From contig CDMY01000364.1 of assembly GCA_001179505.1 (NCBI GenBank), positions 35,868 to 99,867 of the forward strand: a DNA stretch of 64,000 bases, read 5' to 3'. The DNA is from Vitrella brassicaformis CCMP3155. Taxonomy: Eukaryota > Protista > Chromerida. The position numbers were made by a program, and so were the translations under genes. Shown piece after piece: positions 60,124 through 64,000 of the stretch; the first letter of the stretch is position 1; each line of letters starts with the position of its first letter. The notes under the pieces are model-generated. The model was not told the origin of the DNA. It saw only the letters and a program-made list of their open reading frames with translations, and did not search any database.

Positions 60124-62444
60124 TGGGCGAGGCAGAGGGCTTGCAGCCGCCCGTGACAATGTTGCCCCTCTCCTTGCCGGCCGCATCGATGCGGGTGGGC
60201 ACGGCCACCACCAGCTTCCGCGTGAGCTGGCCGCCGCCGACGAGGTCAAACACCACATGCTGGAAACCAACAAGGATGTTCGACGACTCGTCGTCGGTCG
60301 ACACGAAGGTCGAGGGGCCCGGAAGCTCCTCGGGAAGCTGCACGGGGCTGATGGCGTCCGCGGGCGACATACCGGCAGCAACAGCAGCAGCCACGGCCTC
60401 CTCGACGCGCCTCTGTGCCTCCTCAACAGAAAAAACGGCTACCTGAACACCAAGACACACACCAATCAGCCAGAGAAAGAAGGTGACACGTGTGCACACG
60501 TCGTGTGGTCTGATCTGCCCCTCCCCTGTCAGTGTCATGTGCCCCCGCTCACATTATGCATTCCATGAATGGCTTTGTCCAGCAGGTCGATGGTGCCCAG
60601 CACCCTCGCCAGCTGCCTCTCCTCCTCATCCAGCCCCAGCTTCTCCCGCATGATCTTGTCGATCTTCGTGCCGAGCGCCATCTCTATTCCCGCCATGGTG
60701 CCCACCTCCTTGCCGTCGATGTGGGTCACGTTCCTGGCCGACAGCAGGGGCAGCACTGAGGCGGCACCAGGCGGGAAGGCGAGCACACGAAGACAGACGA
60801 AGCCGCCGCCCTGTGGCTGATTGCTGGTGGGGGGGTCGATGGCATCGACGACGGCCAGCTGTCCGCCAGCGGCATGGCCCCCTTGTCGCCCCTCGCTGGA
60901 GGTCAAGTACAGGCAGTATGCGGGCCCTCCCTTGCGGAAGAGACCCTGCACACGCCCGTACTCGCCCCCGATCGCCTCCTTGACGACCGGCCAAAGGATG
61001 GGGGGGATTATCCCCTTGCCGTGGGCGGCCGATGGGTCGGCATCAGGGAGCTGGTCGGCGGGGCGTCTGGTGCGGGTGGCATGGTGGTGGGAGAGTAGGT
61101 AGTGCAGGGCCGGCTCGGTGCGCTGTCTGGTTGTGGCGGTGGTCTTGCGGACGCACAAGAGGCTGCGGCTGCCTTCGTGGATGTGTGCAAACGAGATGGA
61201 GTCGCGCTGGTGTAGGCAGTCCGCCGCCTCGCCGCTGTGCACCATTGCGTAGTGGGGGGCGGGAGAGGGAGAGAGTGGTGCTGAAGGTGCAGCGGCTGGT
61301 GTGGGCTGGGCGGCTTCGTTAATCACATCAGCAATCGACAATCTGAGGAGGAAGGGAAACAACAAACGCACAGACAGAACAGATGAGATGCATCGTGGGG
61401 TCAACGTGTCACTCTCTGCGTGTGGCCTTACCCGCTAGACATATCCTGGTCACAGTCGGGCGCAGATACGCCCTCCTCATGCAGACTATCATGTGGTGCC
61501 TCCTCGGCTGGCCGGGGGACACTCTCGTCAACAGCAACAGCTACGTCAGCATCCTCCTTCTCCTTCTCCTCCTTGTCCTCCTCTGTCGTCGTGGCCTGCC
61601 CGTGGTGGTCCTCCTCTCTAGTGGGCGGCATGGCTGGAGCAGCCTCGTGGTGGTGGCTGGTGGGCTGCTGGCTGATAAATCATGCACATGCACATGAACC
61701 CCTCCCTCTCCCGGCTGAAGACCGCCGTTAAGCGGCCCAGCAACGATTACAGCAGGCCCCGGTCCGCAGCGGTAAATAGGTGGCCGTGGCCATGGTGCGG
61801 CGGACATCGTGCGGGGAGCCTGCTGGTGCTGCGGTCCCATCAGTGGTGGGGTGGCCGTGGCCGTGTAGATGGGCCGCAGCGGGGCCGGGCGCGGAACCGC
61901 AGCCACAAACCCCATATGGTGGGGGTGGGGAAGGGGATGGGGATGGGGGTGGGATGCAGCAGGAGGGCCGTCGCGCTGCTGCAGAGCCCGGGGGTGTGCA
62001 ACGTTCCCCCAGGGAGGTGTGGTCGGCGAGGTGCCTGTCAGCTGGTCGTCTGGTCGGCGAGGTGCCTGTCAGCTGGTCGTCGGCCGAGGGATCGCTCGGC
62101 CGCTGAGCCTCTTGGCTCTCTGGTCCGCTGACGAGGCAGCACCCGCACTGCCGCAGCGAGTCGCCGATCTTCGCGACTTGCTCTCGGATCCATTGGTCCA
62201 TAGCGCGGGCGGCGTTGACCACAGCCTCACAGGGGGCGCACATCTCAGTTTGCTGGCCCTCAGGGGCGTCGGGCGCGGTGGCGGGGACGGGATAGTAGTG
62301 CCGCGACAGCCCCTCGTCGTAGCCATAGGACGCCGGCGTGTTGATGAGCGGGAATGCCGGCCGTCCAGGCGGATAGTAATAATGTTGAACGTGAGGATGA
62401 CGGGGCATCTGTGCTGGATGCCAGGCGACGTAAGGCGGCGCCAT
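60124..62444 (-). CDS. Hypothetical Pro/His-rich protein, frameshifted by an internal duplication; 3' end lies in or beyond the gap
   Basis: MAPPYVAWHPAQMP... start, and exons 61428-61670, 60550-61340 and 60124-60445 with coding-like codon use. No family recognised. Confidence 0.5.
62021..62081. repeat. 31-nt tandem duplication inside coding sequence
   Basis: ggtcggcgaggtgcctgtcagctggtcgtc(t) occurs twice. Confidence 0.95.
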
Positions 62445-63539
62445 TTTTATCTCTCTCTTCTCTTCGAAGGGAGGCGATCCAGCACGCACAATTTTTGTGG
62501 CGATTTCCCCGCCCCTTGTCTGACGAGCACACTTGATGAGCACAAACAGACCGTTTGGAGGACAAATATCACTCAGATGCACTGAGGGGGCGGAGATCTC
62601 AATTGCCTGTGGTGGTGACGATGGGTTATCACTGTGCCTTTGTGTGGCTTTGTGTGGATAATCTATCGGTGTTGAACAGACCAGCGGGTCCGTTGCCGCC
62701 CAGCCATCACCATGTAATGACACGCTGTTGTTTGTCCGCACAGACAGCAAGTCACCTCTATCTCTCTCTACAGTTGCAGCTGCCTGTTGGATGTGTCCCT
62801 CTCTCCCCCGACCCTCCCTGCCTGTCTGTCTGTCTGTGTGGCTGCATTGCCCCCCATCGACAACACACGTGACACACATGACATGAGATGGATGTACGTG
62901 TGGTTCACTTCATTGATTGGTACACCTCTGACCTGTCTATCTGCCTGTGCTCACATAGGCAGCAACCAGAATAAATGGCCTCGCCCAAGCAGACAGGCAA
63001 CACATATAAAATGCCGCACACTACTTGCCGCATACCTGTCTGTCAGTCAGTCAGTTCGTCAATCTACCTGTGACCTTTGCGAAGGGAAACTGGCCACCTA
63101 CTGCCATCCATCTATCCATCAATTCGCCCTTCGTCGACCACAGAAAGACGACACGTTGTGTGCGGTTCAGCACAGCAAGCTGCCTCACACACAGCAGGCA
63201 GACAGACGAGAGGGCAGACGGGGGCAGACAGACTTGCCCGTGAAGTAGTGCACACCTCTCTCTCTCTCTTGCCTGTCTGCGTGTGCTCACGGAATCTACA
63301 GCAACCAATGCCGCGTCAATCTCCCTACCTGTGACCTTTGCGAAGGAAAGCCATCCAGCAAACTACACACACCAGTGAGTGGGTGCCTGCGCTACGGTAC
63401 TGAAGAAACAGCCAGTACACTGACCATTCATCCATCCAGACACAACACACACACACGCACATAAAGAATACCGAACGCACCCTACCACGACGGCCAGCCA
63501 CACGCCCGCTGCTGCCCCAGCCAGTGCACATGGAGGAGA

Positions 63540-63790
63540 GCGGCGATAAATGCCGCCCTCTCTCCCTCTCAGACAGGGAAGGTCGCCCTGCTTGGTGCCG
63601 GTGACGCATGGCCGCCCACTGGCGAGCGGTCTCGGCAACGGATGCATCGATGGCGAGGTGGGAGTAGTGGGCGGGGCGAGGAGGAAGAGCGGGGCGCCCA
63701 GCGAGGCGTCCAGCCGCTCGAGCTCCCAGGGGTACAGGTAGCCGAAGATGCACACGAGTTCATCGCGGGACAGACGATGCCATGGCTGAT
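63540..63790 (-). pseudogene. Frameshifted 5' fragment of the same F-box-like family as 3149-5431
   Basis: LSRDELVCIFGYLYPWELERL...LLA, then a shifted frame AHYSHLAIDASVAETARQWAAM, homologous to QQYTHLTIDGSD...RRLWERL. Confidence 0.7.
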
Positions 63791-64000
63791 GGCACACACA
63801 CAGAGGGGATGGACGAGAGAAATGCAGCCAGGTGTGTCGTCTCTGCCACCGACCTGTTTGTCGTGTGTTGTGGGTGGCTGTCCGCTCTCGTGAGTGAGTC
63901 GGTAGGACCAGCCCTCCTGAGCAGCGGGAACCACAGCAATCCTCACCTGCACACAGACCAAGCAGAGAAAGCAACGGTTGTTGCGGCGGCTGCATCAAGG

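Noticed and set aside
1-64000. CRISPR arrays, tRNA or rRNA genes
   Set aside because: No repeat-spacer arrays or recognisable structural RNA genes were seen by eye. The recurring repeats are microsatellites or duplicated intron/exon units.

Overview
This is eukaryotic, GC-rich, intron-dense DNA. It has many short GT-AG introns full of (CA)n, (GT)n, (CT)n, (GATG)n and (GACA)n microsatellites, and several genes with bipartite plastid leaders. The style matches a chromerid alga such as Vitrella brassicaformis (inference). The first 29 kb is dominated by a family of short, atypical FKBP-fold domains: 12 near-complete copies plus a fragment. They lack the 80s loop and vary strongly at positions equivalent to the ligand pocket. 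The module occurs (i) as tandem intron+exon arrays behind a signal/transit-like leader, (ii) fused behind KCTD-type BTB domains in three paralogs, one of which also carries an N-terminal SET-like domain, (iii) as a stand-alone exon, and (iv) as one intron-containing, more canonical copy. The window also holds a spliced O-methyltransferase-SDR fusion of the MT-Ox (gadusol pathway) type with no recognisable EEVS neighbour. Other contents are a truncated SURNod19-like gene abutting an orphan BiP (HDEL) last exon, a head-to-head PsbQ-like/FAD4-like plastid pair, a decayed 5'-truncated LINE, an ABCG half transporter, a coiled-coil-TSP1-vWA secreted protein, a CenH3-like histone, a protein carrying only the GAPDH N-terminal motif, two decayed F-box-like genes and two 300-N gaps. 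All gene models were spliced by eye and no searches were run. Family assignments rest on recalled motifs.
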